From NCBI GenBank assembly GCA_937998305.1, contig CALLDL010000033.1, positions 6,094 to 70,093 of the forward strand: a stretch of 64,000 bases of DNA, in the 5' to 3' direction. Numbering within the stretch: position 1 is the first letter of the stretch; each line of letters begins with the position of its first letter. The notes below the pieces were generated by a model that was not told the origin of the DNA, did not search any database, and saw only the letters and a program-made list of their open reading frames with translations. This DNA comes from an uncultured Desulfobacterales bacterium. Its GTDB lineage: Bacteria; Desulfobacterota; Desulfobacteria; Desulfobacterales; UBA11574. The translations under genes and the position numbers were made by a program. Below are positions 8,875 through 18,035 of the stretch, in pieces.

Positions 8875-10752
8875 TCATGCATCTTCTTCGGTGGAGAACT
8901 TATCGATACCGGGCAGCAGGCCGGCCTCACCCGCGATCCAGACGACCAGGCGTCCGAAGGGACTAAGCTGCTTCCGTAATTCCATAACCTGACGTGCAAG
9001 CGCTGGTTCGTCCGTAATGATCCCATCGATTCCACGGCTCATCATCACGGACATCTGGACCGGGTCATTGATGGTCCACACGTAGACCTTCATCCCTTGC
9101 TTGTGGGCACGGTGGATCATGGTGGCCGATGCCGCCACGGAATTGAGCGCCAGAAAGTTAAGATTCAGTCGGGTTAGGTCACCGATGCTGGCGGTGTTGA
9201 GCAGACCGCGGGTCCAGGCCGGCCGCAGAGCGGCGACCTTGCGCAGGCCATCGATTTTGAGGGACATAACCATGATGTCCGATTCCATACCGGTTTGCTC
9301 CACAATATCCGCGACCCGTGATTCGAGGTTCCGATCGTGACCGTAATACTTGAGTTCTATCACGACTCCCAGCTTATCTTTGGCCAAGTCCAATGCCTGG
9401 CGCAGCGTCGGGACCCGCTGGTTTGAGTATTCAGGAGCATACCAACTGCCGATGTCAAGGTCGCGAAGGTTTTCATTCGTGGCGTCCCAGACTTTGAGGT
9501 TGCTCCGCGCAACCTTCAAAAAATCGCTGTCATGGGCGACCACGATGACATCGTCGGCATTTTCCTGAACGTCGAGCTCAATCCAATCCGCATTGTCGAC
9601 GATTGCTCGCTGGAACGACGCCATCGTATTTTCCGGCGCTGTTCCTGAAGCGCCGCGGTGCGCAATGATCTCGATTTTAGCTTCCTCGTCGATGCTTCGG
9701 CTGACAGCATAGCCGCCCAGGATAATCAGGACCAACGCCGCGGCACTGAGTCCGATAATTATCTTGCCCGGAATTTGCAGGGACGCCTTTTCACCGAGTG
9801 AACCTCGTGCAGCGAGTTCCGGATCGAGTCGGCCGGGACCGGCCAAGGATTGATAGAGGCGGACGATTAGCAGGGGGAACAACGCCGTGCTGAGTATCGC
9901 AATCGCAAGATTCCCCAATCCCGCCAGCATTAGGGTAATCCCTAACCCTATCGCGATAATAGCGAAATTCCCCCCGAGGTCTGGGATCAGGACATTGCCT
10001 ATTAGGCCGACGAGGAACGTGACGAGTCCCGAGAGAAGGGCAACCCCGGCGAGCCACGAGGCGAGCAGGAGTGCCATTTTCCAGCCGAACACCACCAACT
10101 TTCTAGCACTCTCGCGCAGTGCCTGCCTAGCGCGATTACCCTGGAACAGTATCAAAGGCATAGTTATAATCCAACTCGAACACTTTTTTAGCACGATGAC
10201 CGCCATGATCATCATCAACAGCCCGGCAATCGCTATCGCCCACCAGAACTCGGGCGGTTTGTCGGCCAGGTAGAAATTGATGTCATGCTTGTTCAGTAAA
10301 AGCAGATAGACACCGCCTACACCTGCGAGAAACGGGGCGGAGATGAGCAACAAGCGAACGATAACGTGTCCGGCCAGCTTCACCAGCTCAAAGGCGTATC
10401 TTGTCACGTAGCGCATCGAGTCCAGCCAGGTCACCCTGCGGTCTTCGACGGCCCCAAATCCGACCACCATCAGAACGCTCTGTTGTGCAAACAACACACC
10501 GAGGGAAACCGAACACACGATTATAAGTGCCGTGATGCCGAGCGGATGGAGCAGAAACAGGATGATATCCGTATCGCTCAAGACACCGTCGTCCGTCTGA
10601 AGGAGGAAGAGCTTTATAAGAAGACCGACCATTGGGGTCAGAACCACCATCACGATTGTCCGTGCGAGCAGATCGGTAAGCAACAGTTGGGGCCATGTAC
10701 GGCGAAAATCATTTCGGGCTTCGAGCAGATCGAGCCACCGGATCGGTTTCAC
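8875..10752 (-). CDS. membrane-anchored glycerophosphodiester phosphodiesterase (N-terminal multi-TM domain plus C-terminal GDPD domain)
   Basis: GDPD catalytic motifs IAHRGASGTAPENT and ELDVQ...VVAHD. About 340 aa of TM helices precede them. GTG start overlaps the TAG stop of the upstream protease gene. The gene is visibly GC-rich. Confidence 0.85.
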   Translation of the reverse strand: MKPIRWLDLLEARNDFRRTWPQLLLTDLLARTIVMVVLTPMVGLLIKLFLLQTDDGVLSDTDIILFLLHPLGITALIIVCSVSLGVLFAQQSVLMVVGFGAVEDRRVTWLDSMRYVTRYAFELVKLAGHVIVRLLLISAPFLAGVGGVYLLLLNKHDINFYLADKPPEFWWAIAIAGLLMMIMAVIVLKKCSSWIITMPLILFQGNRARQALRESARKLVVFGWKMALLLASWLAGVALLSGLVTFLVGLIGNVLIPDLGGNFAIIAIGLGITLMLAGLGNLAIAILSTALFPLLIVRLYQSLAGPGRLDPELAARGSLGEKASLQIPGKIIIGLSAAALVLIILGGYAVSRSIDEEAKIEIIAHRGASGTAPENTMASFQRAIVDNADWIELDVQENADDVIVVAHDSDFLKVARSNLKVWDATNENLRDLDIGSWYAPEYSNQRVPTLRQALDLAKDKLGVVIELKYYGHDRNLESRVADIVEQTGMESDIMVMSLKIDGLRKVAALRPAWTRGLLNTASIGDLTRLNLNFLALNSVAASATMIHRAHKQGMKVYVWTINDPVQMSVMMSRGIDGIITDEPALARQVMELRKQLSPFGRLVVWIAGEAGLLPGIDKFSTEEDA

Positions 10753-13700
10753 TAAGTTCTCTCCTCACTCGGATTTAACATGAACAGAACAATTCGCATG
10801 AAACTCGAGACAAAGAGAATTAAGAGTGTCATTGTGAATAAGGGTCCGAGTTTTAAGATAACCCAGCTAATTCCCACGACAGGTAACAGACCCATGCGAA
10901 CCGCCGTTCTTAAGCTGTCATGTTTTGCGATGAAATCGGCTATAGGCGGTGAATAGATGTAGTAAAGACGAACGAAACTCTTTCCTACTTTATTGCCAAG
11001 CAGAAAACGGTCACGGAAATCACGCAGAATCTTGACATGTGGCTCCATCAATGATCCATAAGCTGCGGTGGCTATGAAGCATCCGCCTCCGCCACCACTA
11101 TCACTTTCTGTAATAACGGTAGTGCTTCCACTGGAACTTTTGATAGGCGTGGCTGGACCACCGACATCAACAATTACTCCATTGGCTGTTAGATCATCAT
11201 CACCTCTTGCACCATCTAAGAAATACAACGTGATGACATTTCCATTGATCTCTGCACCCGTCTGACTATCATAAAAGAATTCGTACCAATGGTTAGTGTT
11301 ATTATCAGGAGTTGGGCCATACTTGTAATAGGTATCAAAGGTCGCACCATCTTGAAAATACAAGGTGATGGTTACAGGATCTCCTATATTGATACCGTTT
11401 ATAGTAAACTCAAAGAACCCGTAAGAAAACTCCACATTTGAAGGTGCATCTGTCGCAGAAGGATTGGTAACAGCTTTGATGTTGTTGATTGTTGTGCCAA
11501 TGGGCGACGTCATAGTAACGTATTCATGACCATCATAAGTACGAAATGATGCTACATTATCTTGAAGCAAGTCAGCGATACCGTCATTATTACCGTCATA
11601 ATTTGGATCATCTCCACCGGGTCCTTGTTCTTCTTCGTCTGGTAAGCTGTCACCGTCATCATTCGTATCCGCACAGTCAAGGATTTTATCTCCATCTGAA
11701 TCCGTATCAGCTACACCGCAACCACAGATGCCGGGACCAATTTTGTTGGGATCGCTCGGGCAATTGTCATTACAGTCTAAAGTTCCGTCGCCGTCTGTAT
11801 CAAATTCAGGCACACCACATCCGCAGATACCGGGTTCAGTCTTGTTGGGATCATTTGGGCAGTTATCATTACAATCTGGCGTTCCATCTTCGTCAGCATC
11901 AATTAAATTGTTACAATTATCATTACAGTCAGGTATTCCATCACTATCACTATCAATATCAGCGACACCGCAACCGCAGATGCCGGGTCCAATTTTATTG
12001 GGATCGCTGGGACAATTGTCGTTACAGTCCAAAGTACCATCACTGTCTGTATCAATATCGGATTCACCGCATCCGCAGATGCCAGGTTCAGTCTTGTTGG
12101 GGTCGTTGGGGCAATTGTCGTTACAATCCAAAGTGCCGTCACTGTCTGTATCAATATCAGGTTCACCACATCCGCAAATACCAGGTTCAGTCTTGTTGGG
12201 GTCATTAGGACAATTATCTAAATTTACCAGGCCATAACCATAGATGTTGTCCTTTCCGCTGCTTCCTAAATCTATTGCCAAAGATATTAAAGCATCTCGT
12301 AATTGTGAGATTGAAAAGCTTGGATTTCTGGACAACATGAGTGCTGCTGCTCCTGCAACATGCGGACTTGCTGCACTCGTTCCGGCGAATGTGCTATAAA
12401 TATTATTTGTAACAAAATCGGGGCCCATTAAATCTGGCTTGGTTCTGCCGTCATTCGTAGGGCCCTGAGAACTATAGTATTCTTGCGGGCCTGTTCCCCA
12501 ATTATTATAGTTAATCGCACCAACAGTCATCACGCCAGTAGCATCCGCAGGATTAATCAGGCTGCTTGATCCCACCGATGGGATCAAAACATGGGATACA
12601 CTGTAAACCTCAAGTTGATGATTTGAGGTGGCATTATATTTGCTGATTCCCAGATAATAACTGCCTGTTGCCGGCACAGAATAAACAATTCGTTCACTTG
12701 GTAATTGCGTTCCTGTTTGCGAGTTAACGCTGCCGGCTACGACATTTAAAGCACTGTCTAAAAGATAGAGGTCATAGTCCTGATCGGTCAAGGGCCAGGC
12801 ATTCCATGTTAAATATGCAACAATAGTGTCACCAGAATATGCATAAATATTTATGGATTCGTCGGAGGCAGAAACATTGTGCCATCCATCACTGTCAGAA
12901 TCCATGAACGTTGCTTCGTAATGCCGAGTTGCCTGGTTTCCGGCAGAATTGACCCAGAGGATATCATTTGCATAGGCATCGTTGGCAGTACAAACTGAGT
13001 TGCTATAATAGCATTCACCATCATAAAAGTTGCTGTTAAACCATCCGCCGGAAAGATTTATAATTTTAATTCCATTGTCGATGGCGTAATCTTTAGCATC
13101 CTTCAAATCGAGTATGTCTGAAATTTTTATTAGATAAAGCTGGGCATCCGGAGCCATATCGTAAACAATCCCTGCTACGCCTGTCCCGTGTTTTTCTGTT
13201 TCTGATGAAAAATCAGTCGATACACATTTTGGCCCTGTGCAATCGACCTTTATGACATTGTTTGGAAGTTCGCCGTTGGATATAGCTGAAGATAATTGAG
13301 CAAAACCCGAATCTATTACGGCAACTTTTACACCAGAACCCGCATATCCTTCAGAATGATAGGCGGAAGCCCCGATTAAATCTACACCTTCGCTTTCCAC
13401 TGTTAGCGGAATAAATTTGTCGGGCAGTGTAACGAACGAGACCTCTATTGTACTATCAGCTATAAGACTTAGCATGTTGATAGGAACTTTTATCTTCGTT
13501 ACATTATCAACACGTTTGATGATTTTAGCGCCAAAGGCCTGAATGGATACCTCATCGATAGTAAGCCCTGGTTTTGAAATCAAAAAAACTGTGACGTTTT
13601 CCTGATCATCCATTTTTATATTTCTATTCTTAGCAAACATCCGAGCAGCTTTTAGACTCTTTTGATATTCTTTTTCCAAGTTTAATAGATTACCCTCTAC

Positions 13701-13832
13701 TTTAGGGTGAACACCTCCTTTTTTAAGAACTATATTCAGGTCTTGAGCACCGGCAATAGTAAAAAAGATGATGCTAAGCAGTACGGCTGAGGTAAGTATA
13801 CTTAGAGGCGTTTTAAATCTATTTCTATTCAA
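10752..13832 (-). CDS. secreted subtilisin-like (S8) serine protease with thrombospondin-type-3-like Ca-binding repeats and a hydrophobic C-terminal tail
   Basis: Signal peptide present. Catalytic triad contexts [17 protein letters not shown] and [16 protein letters not shown]. Five copies of [29 protein letters not shown]. C-terminus reads [14 protein letters not shown] followed by TM helices. Confidence 0.85.
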   Translation of the reverse strand: MNRNRFKTPLSILTSAVLLSIIFFTIAGAQDLNIVLKKGGVHPKVEGNLLNLEKEYQKSLKAARMFAKNRNIKMDDQENVTVFLISKPGLTIDEVSIQAFGAKIIKRVDNVTKIKVPINMLSLIADSTIEVSFVTLPDKFIPLTVESEGVDLIGASAYHSEGYAGSGVKVAVIDSGFAQLSSAISNGELPNNVIKVDCTGPKCVSTDFSSETEKHGTGVAGIVYDMAPDAQLYLIKISDILDLKDAKDYAIDNGIKIINLSGGWFNSNFYDGECYYSNSVCTANDAYANDILWVNSAGNQATRHYEATFMDSDSDGWHNVSASDESINIYAYSGDTIVAYLTWNAWPLTDQDYDLYLLDSALNVVAGSVNSQTGTQLPSERIVYSVPATGSYYLGISKYNATSNHQLEVYSVSHVLIPSVGSSSLINPADATGVMTVGAINYNNWGTGPQEYYSSQGPTNDGRTKPDLMGPDFVTNNIYSTFAGTSAASPHVAGAAALMLSRNPSFSISQLRDALISLAIDLGSSGKDNIYGYGLVNLDNCPNDPNKTEPGICGCGEPDIDTDSDGTLDCNDNCPNDPNKTEPGICGCGESDIDTDSDGTLDCNDNCPSDPNKIGPGICGCGVADIDSDSDGIPDCNDNCNNLIDADEDGTPDCNDNCPNDPNKTEPGICGCGVPEFDTDGDGTLDCNDNCPSDPNKIGPGICGCGVADTDSDGDKILDCADTNDDGDSLPDEEEQGPGGDDPNYDGNNDGIADLLQDNVASFRTYDGHEYVTMTSPIGTTINNIKAVTNPSATDAPSNVEFSYGFFEFTINGINIGDPVTITLYFQDGATFDTYYKYGPTPDNNTNHWYEFFYDSQTGAEINGNVITLYFLDGARGDDDLTANGVIVDVGGPATPIKSSSGSTTVITESDSGGGGGCFIATAAYGSLMEPHVKILRDFRDRFLLGNKVGKSFVRLYYIYSPPIADFIAKHDSLRTAVRMGLLPVVGISWVILKLGPLFTMTLLILFVSSFMRIVLFMLNPSEERT
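11670..12216 (-). repeat. in-frame tandem repeats (about 105-bp period, about 5 copies) inside the protease gene
   Basis: Repeated DNA blocks such as CCGCAGATGCC(G/A)GG..TTGTTGGG(A/G)TC..GGGCA(A/G)TT(G/A)TC. The protein-level module is repeated. Spurious repetitive antisense ORFs in the track also reflect it. Confidence 0.8.
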
Positions 13833-14354
13833 AGCTTTATTTACTCCGGCTATATAGCTTATCTACTACCAATAGAAATTTAATTGTGGTTACAGTTTTT
13901 GAAAGGTTTATATACAACAGACACAATTAAAACAAGGACAAATTAGTTGGGTGTCTTAGTAATTCTATAGCTTAATCCGGTCTAGTACAGCAATAGTTGT
14001 GTCAATTAAATGCCATCGAATAATTATAAGTATTTTAGGTGATTTTGAGAGATATGTCGATATGCAAATCTATCATAATGTGTGAGAAATTTAAGATATT
14101 ATTATATCGAGAGGCGATGTGACTGAAAGATAGATAGCGTTAATTCTTAGAAATTATGGAAAATTCCATATATTGTGGTTCGCCCAAAACTTAAAAAGTG
14201 CATATAAATTGAGATTGTTCCATAAACTTTCGTTTTTCAAAACATGAGTGATCTTGCCAAAGCCTCAAGCAAACAACAATTTACATCAATTACATATACC
14301 TAAAATTTCACAACATTTAAAAAGGGGCGAACTTTCTAAATGGATTGTAGGTTT

Positions 14355-15233
14355 TTACTTAGATTCGATATTTTTAGGCCTTTTTACTACGGTCAAAAGC
14401 ATCTTAAACCGTTTTACAGCGGTGACAGAATGGGGAATGTCCGCCGGCATAACCACGACCTGTCCTTTACCAACAGTCATTTCTTTTCCATCAATATTAA
14501 CCACCGCCTCACCATCCAAGATTTGCACCATTGCATCACCAGGCGCCGTATGCGTGCTGACTCCCTCTCCCTCGTCAAATGAAAACAGAGTTAAGCTAAG
14601 GGATGAATTTTGAGAAAATGTCCTGCTTACAACTCGTCCCTCTTCATATGCAACCAATTCATCGAGATTATGGGGTTCTGAGAATTTTATGTTTTTTATA
14701 AGTACGGGTTTGTCCATTTTTCCTCCTGAGCATTTTTGAAAGCCGGTTTCTTCCAGCCGGTTTCTGATGATAGTTTTTGACGGCACTCTACCCGAACATA
14801 TGACCTTTCCATTAATAATCAAGGCAGGTGTCCCCTTGACGTTGTATTTTGCGATTTCTTCCACATCTCTAACATGTTCAAGATCAGCAGTTAAGTTCAT
14901 TTCTGATAAAACTTCCATAACATCATTTTCAAGACTGTTACATAGGACACAACCTGCGCCAAGAACTTTAATTTCAAGCCCTTGATCGTTTTCATCATCA
15001 AAAGGCTGACCGAGAAATTTTCTAAATTCCCTGACAAACGCACGCCCATATTCTTTTTGAACCTTGTCGGAGATGTAATTCTTTTTTGACAGCCGGTTTA
15101 ATAATTCTTCGGCGACCACATCATCAGGTTGTTTAGAATATAACCCTGCTATGTCCTTAAAGGTTTCTTTAAGTCCCACAAAGCCGACTTTGTGTTTACC
15201 GATTTTTATCTGGGTTACATCAGATTTCGTCAT
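14355..15233 (-). CDS. fusion ORF: N-terminal domain plus thioredoxin-like (redox-active disulfide, Thioredoxin_3-type) domain plus C-terminal cupin domain
   Basis: GAGCVLC motif within KVLGAGCVLCNSL...INGKVICSGRVP. Cupin-like C-terminus HTAPGDAMVQILDGEAVVNIDGKEMTV...VMPADIPHSV. An internal AGGAGG-N4-ATG sits at the domain junction. Confidence 0.6.
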   Translation of the reverse strand: MTKSDVTQIKIGKHKVGFVGLKETFKDIAGLYSKQPDDVVAEELLNRLSKKNYISDKVQKEYGRAFVREFRKFLGQPFDDENDQGLEIKVLGAGCVLCNSLENDVMEVLSEMNLTADLEHVRDVEEIAKYNVKGTPALIINGKVICSGRVPSKTIIRNRLEETGFQKCSGGKMDKPVLIKNIKFSEPHNLDELVAYEEGRVVSRTFSQNSSLSLTLFSFDEGEGVSTHTAPGDAMVQILDGEAVVNIDGKEMTVGKGQVVVMPADIPHSVTAVKRFKMLLTVVKRPKNIESK

Positions 15234-15568
15234 GGTTTAATAATACTCTAATTGATCGTAAACAAAATGGGAAAAATGTTTTATGTGTTTATTGTATTTT
15301 TCATTATAGTGGATTCAGATGCATTTTCATAGCTCTTCTTTAAATGAGATATAGATTTATTAAAAAAAGCTCATTTTGTTTACCTCTTATTACACTTGAA
15401 CCCTTACTCCCAAATAATTGGGAGAAGAACCAAATATGAAAATCGAAATCCAGAATAATAAACAAACCTGAATGATCAAAATTTAAACGATTGAAATATG
15501 ATTCACTATTTGCTAATTTTCAGTATCGGAAGCAGCATGGATCCGGAAAAAAGGAGTTTCAAGTTCAT

Positions 15569-16225
15569 ATGATTGACATCAGCAACTTAGAGTTTTCGTA
15601 TCTTACCGGAGATTTCTTTCTGAATATACCCGAATTTTCGGTTGAGAAGAATGAGAAGGTCGCTGTGATAGGTCCCAGCGGAACCGGAAAAACAACGTTG
15701 CTGAACCTGATCGCCGGTATCATCGTGTCGAACCAAGGGAGCATCAGTGTCAATGATACGTCCGTAAGTCAACTCAATGATGCACAGCGCAGACAATTTC
15801 GAATAACCCATATCGGGTTTGTGTTTCAGGATTTTGAACTTCTCGACTATCTCAATGTTTATGACAACATTTTACATCCCTACCGGATAACAGACGCCTT
15901 GAACCTGGAATCATCTGTAAAACAGCGTGCCCGGTTGATGGCCCAAGAGATGGGTATCGGCGATAAACTCGAACGAGGGTCAACTGATCTGTCCCAGGGT
16001 GAAAAACAACGGGCTGCAATTTGCCGGGCGTTGTTGCCGCAACCCAAGCTGATTTTGGCGGATGAGGCCACCGGCAACCTCGATCCTGAGAACAAAACGC
16101 GCATTCTGGATCTGTTGTTTCGTTCGGTAAAGGAACATGATACCACCTTGCTGGCGGTAACCCATGACTATGAATTGCTTGAACGATTTGACAGGGTCTT
16201 TGATTTTAAAGATTTTAGATTTTAG
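15569..16225 (+). CDS. ABC transporter ATP-binding protein (LolD/MacB-type)
   Basis: Walker A GPSGTGKTT, signature LSQGEKQRAAICRAL, Walker B ILADEATGNLD. I prefer the ATG at 15569 (MIDISNLEFSY, AAGGAG upstream) over the TTG at 15491 in the track. Confidence 0.85.
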   Translation: MIDISNLEFSYLTGDFFLNIPEFSVEKNEKVAVIGPSGTGKTTLLNLIAGIIVSNQGSISVNDTSVSQLNDAQRRQFRITHIGFVFQDFELLDYLNVYDNILHPYRITDALNLESSVKQRARLMAQEMGIGDKLERGSTDLSQGEKQRAAICRALLPQPKLILADEATGNLDPENKTRILDLLFRSVKEHDTTLLAVTHDYELLERFDRVFDFKDFRF

Positions 16226-16243
16226 ATTTTGGATTTTGGATTG
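16202..16243. repeat. GATTTT(A/G) heptad array
   Basis: gattttaaaGATTTTAGATTTTAGATTTTGGATTTTGGATT. It overlaps the last codons (FKDFRF) and the stop of the ATPase gene. Confidence 0.8.
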
Positions 16244-16322
16244 CCGGACAAATCACTATTTCAAGTAAATTAGGATTTACATATCTGCAGCGAAGAAACT
16301 GTATTTATAAGAGGGGGTATTA

Positions 16323-16760
16323 GTGAACGAAGAGAAATTGAAGAAAAGGACCAAAGAATTTGCGAAGAATATTATTCATCTCTGTAGAAAATTACCAACC
16401 AATCGCGAAGGAAGACGGATTGGAAATCAATTGTTTAGATCCGGCACTTCAGTGGCTGCAAATTACAGGTCAGCCTGCAGAGGGAGGTCTAAAGCCGAAT
16501 TTATATCAAAACTGGCAATTGTGGAAGAAGAGGCCGACGAGACCCTGTTCTGGCTCGAATTAATCAAAGAGATGGACATCTTAAAAGAATCGATAGTGGA
16601 TGCTTTGATGAAAGAGAGCAATGAAATTATCGCTATAATTGTATCATCTATCAAAACCGTAAAGCTGAAAAATCCAAAATCCAAAATCCAAACATGTTTG
16701 ACAACTTATACATCGCCTGGAAGTATGTCAGCTACAATCGGGTCAAAACAACGGTTTTGA
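16323..16760 (+). CDS. four-helix-bundle protein (23S rRNA intervening-sequence protein / Avd-like family)
   Basis: EFAKNIIHLCRKLPTNREGRRIGNQLFRSGTSVAANYRSACRGRSKAEFISKLAIVEEEADETLFWLELI is typical of this family. The 3' end reads through the heptad array and overlaps the permease gene start, so the C-terminal roughly 25 aa look like an accidental extension. Confidence 0.8.
   Translation: MNEEKLKKRTKEFAKNIIHLCRKLPTNREGRRIGNQLFRSGTSVAANYRSACRGRSKAEFISKLAIVEEEADETLFWLELIKEMDILKESIVDALMKESNEIIAIIVSSIKTVKLKNPKSKIQTCLTTYTSPGSMSATIGSKQRF
16668..16692. repeat. AAAATCC heptad array (inverted copy of the 16202-16243 array)
   Basis: AAAAATCCAAAATCCAAAATCCAAA. Its reverse complement shares the exact 18-mer GATTTTGGATTTTGGATT with the left array. 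Confidence 0.8.
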
Positions 16761-17875
16761 TTGCCTGTATTACGCTGATATCCTTTCTCCCGTTTTCACT
16801 GCAACTGCTGCTCAATGAAAGCGAGCGGCAGCTGATGTCCAGGGCCGTCAACACGCCGCTGATCGTGGGTGCTAAAGGGAGCTCTCTGGATCTTGTGATG
16901 AACACCCTTTATTTTGGGGATGATGTTCCTGAATTAATATCCATGGAGGCGTTGGACCGGATTGCCGAAACCGATCTGTCGCTGCCCATTCCAATGTATG
17001 TCCGCTTTAAGGCACGGGGACATCCCATCGCCGGCACCACGCTGGATTACTTTGAATTTCGAGGATTAAAGATTGTTCAGGGGCGACAGTTTGCGGTGCT
17101 GGGCGATTGTGTCCTCGGCGCAAAGGTTGCCAAAAGCCTGGCATTAAAACCCGGTGACAGCCTGATATCTTCGCCGGAAAGTCTGTTTGACCTGGCCGGT
17201 GTCTATCCTTTGAAGATGAAGGTGGCAGGGATACTAGAAAAGAGCCATACCTCTGATGATCTGGTCGTTTTCGTGGATCTGAAAACCACCTGGGTGATTC
17301 AAGGATTGGGACATGGCCATCAGGATGTTACCAAAATTAAAGATCCGACGTTGGTCCTCAAACGAACAGACTCCAACGTGGCGGCCACCGCCAAGCTGTA
17401 CCACTTCACAGAAATTACGAAAAAAAACATGGACTCATTTCATTTTCATGGAAACTTGTCGGCTTATCCCATCAGCGCTGTGATTGCCGTACCTTATGAT
17501 ACCAAATCCGGCACGATCCTCAGGGGAAGATATCTGTCAAAGGAAGAAACCCAGCAAATCGTCAAGCCTGAAGAGGTGATCGACAGTCTGTTGCAAAATA
17601 TTTTCCGAATCAAAAACGTAATGGATGCCGTCATTGCAGTGGTGGCCCTGGCAACTGTTCTGGCCGTTGTTCTCGTCTTTGCCCTTTCGTTAAGACTCCG
17701 GCAGCGTGAGATTCAGACAATTTTCAAAATAGGTTGCAGCCGGATGACCATTACAAAACTTGTCGCCGCAGAAATCATGATCATCGTTTGTTCGAGTGCC
17801 GTTCTATGCGGTATCATGATGCTGGCGATACACACGGTTTCCAATGATCTGGTGAGGATGTTGTTTATACGATGA
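16694..17875 (+). CDS. ABC transporter permease (FtsX/MacB-like)
   Basis: 393 aa. One N-terminal TM helix, a large extracytoplasmic domain, and three C-terminal TM helices (VIAVVALATVLAVVLVFALSL..., AAEIMIIVCSSAVLCGIMMLAI). Confidence 0.8.
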   Translation: MFDNLYIAWKYVSYNRVKTTVLIACITLISFLPFSLQLLLNESERQLMSRAVNTPLIVGAKGSSLDLVMNTLYFGDDVPELISMEALDRIAETDLSLPIPMYVRFKARGHPIAGTTLDYFEFRGLKIVQGRQFAVLGDCVLGAKVAKSLALKPGDSLISSPESLFDLAGVYPLKMKVAGILEKSHTSDDLVVFVDLKTTWVIQGLGHGHQDVTKIKDPTLVLKRTDSNVAATAKLYHFTEITKKNMDSFHFHGNLSAYPISAVIAVPYDTKSGTILRGRYLSKEETQQIVKPEEVIDSLLQNIFRIKNVMDAVIAVVALATVLAVVLVFALSLRLRQREIQTIFKIGCSRMTITKLVAAEIMIIVCSSAVLCGIMMLAIHTVSNDLVRMLFIR

Positions 17876-17904
17876 ATTTAGATTTTGGAATTTGGATTTT
17901 GGAG
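17875..17904. repeat. third GATTTTG-type heptad array (same orientation as the first)
   Basis: AATTTAGATTTTGGAATTTGGATTTTGGAG, starting at the permease stop codon. Confidence 0.7.
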
Positions 17905-18035
17905 TGGGTATTGGGTCACTGTGAAACATTGTGCGTAAAGATAAACATATCGCCTTTTTTGAAAACATATATCGATGATTTTTCACTGCTAACATTAGGT
18001 GAAACCACTTTAAGGCTTATTTTGGGAGGTGATGC

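Noticed and set aside
9101-10755. Seven alternative-frame ORFs (64-129 aa) on both strands
   Set aside because: All are nested in the GC-rich GDPD gene, whose own frame carries the GDPD catalytic motifs. Long spurious ORFs are expected in GC-rich DNA.
11546-12237. Long plus-strand ORFs (220 aa His/Arg/Tyr-rich; 169 aa Ser/Leu/Gln-rich) with striking internal periodicity
   Set aside because: They are antisense or alternative-frame read-outs of the tandem DNA repeats inside the S8 protease gene. Their periodicity mirrors the 105-bp repeat, and the minus-strand frame has clear catalytic and Ca-binding motifs.
15491-15568. N-terminal extension of the ABC ATPase from a TTG start
   Set aside because: The extension has no similarity to ABC N-termini. 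ATG 15569 gives the canonical distance to Walker A and has AAGGAG upstream.
16202-17904. Heptad arrays considered as a CRISPR array or as part of a diversity-generating retroelement (the four-helix-bundle protein is Avd-like)
   Set aside because: The arrays are 7-nt tandem units with no spacers. No cas genes, reverse transcriptase or template/variable repeat pair occur anywhere in the window.
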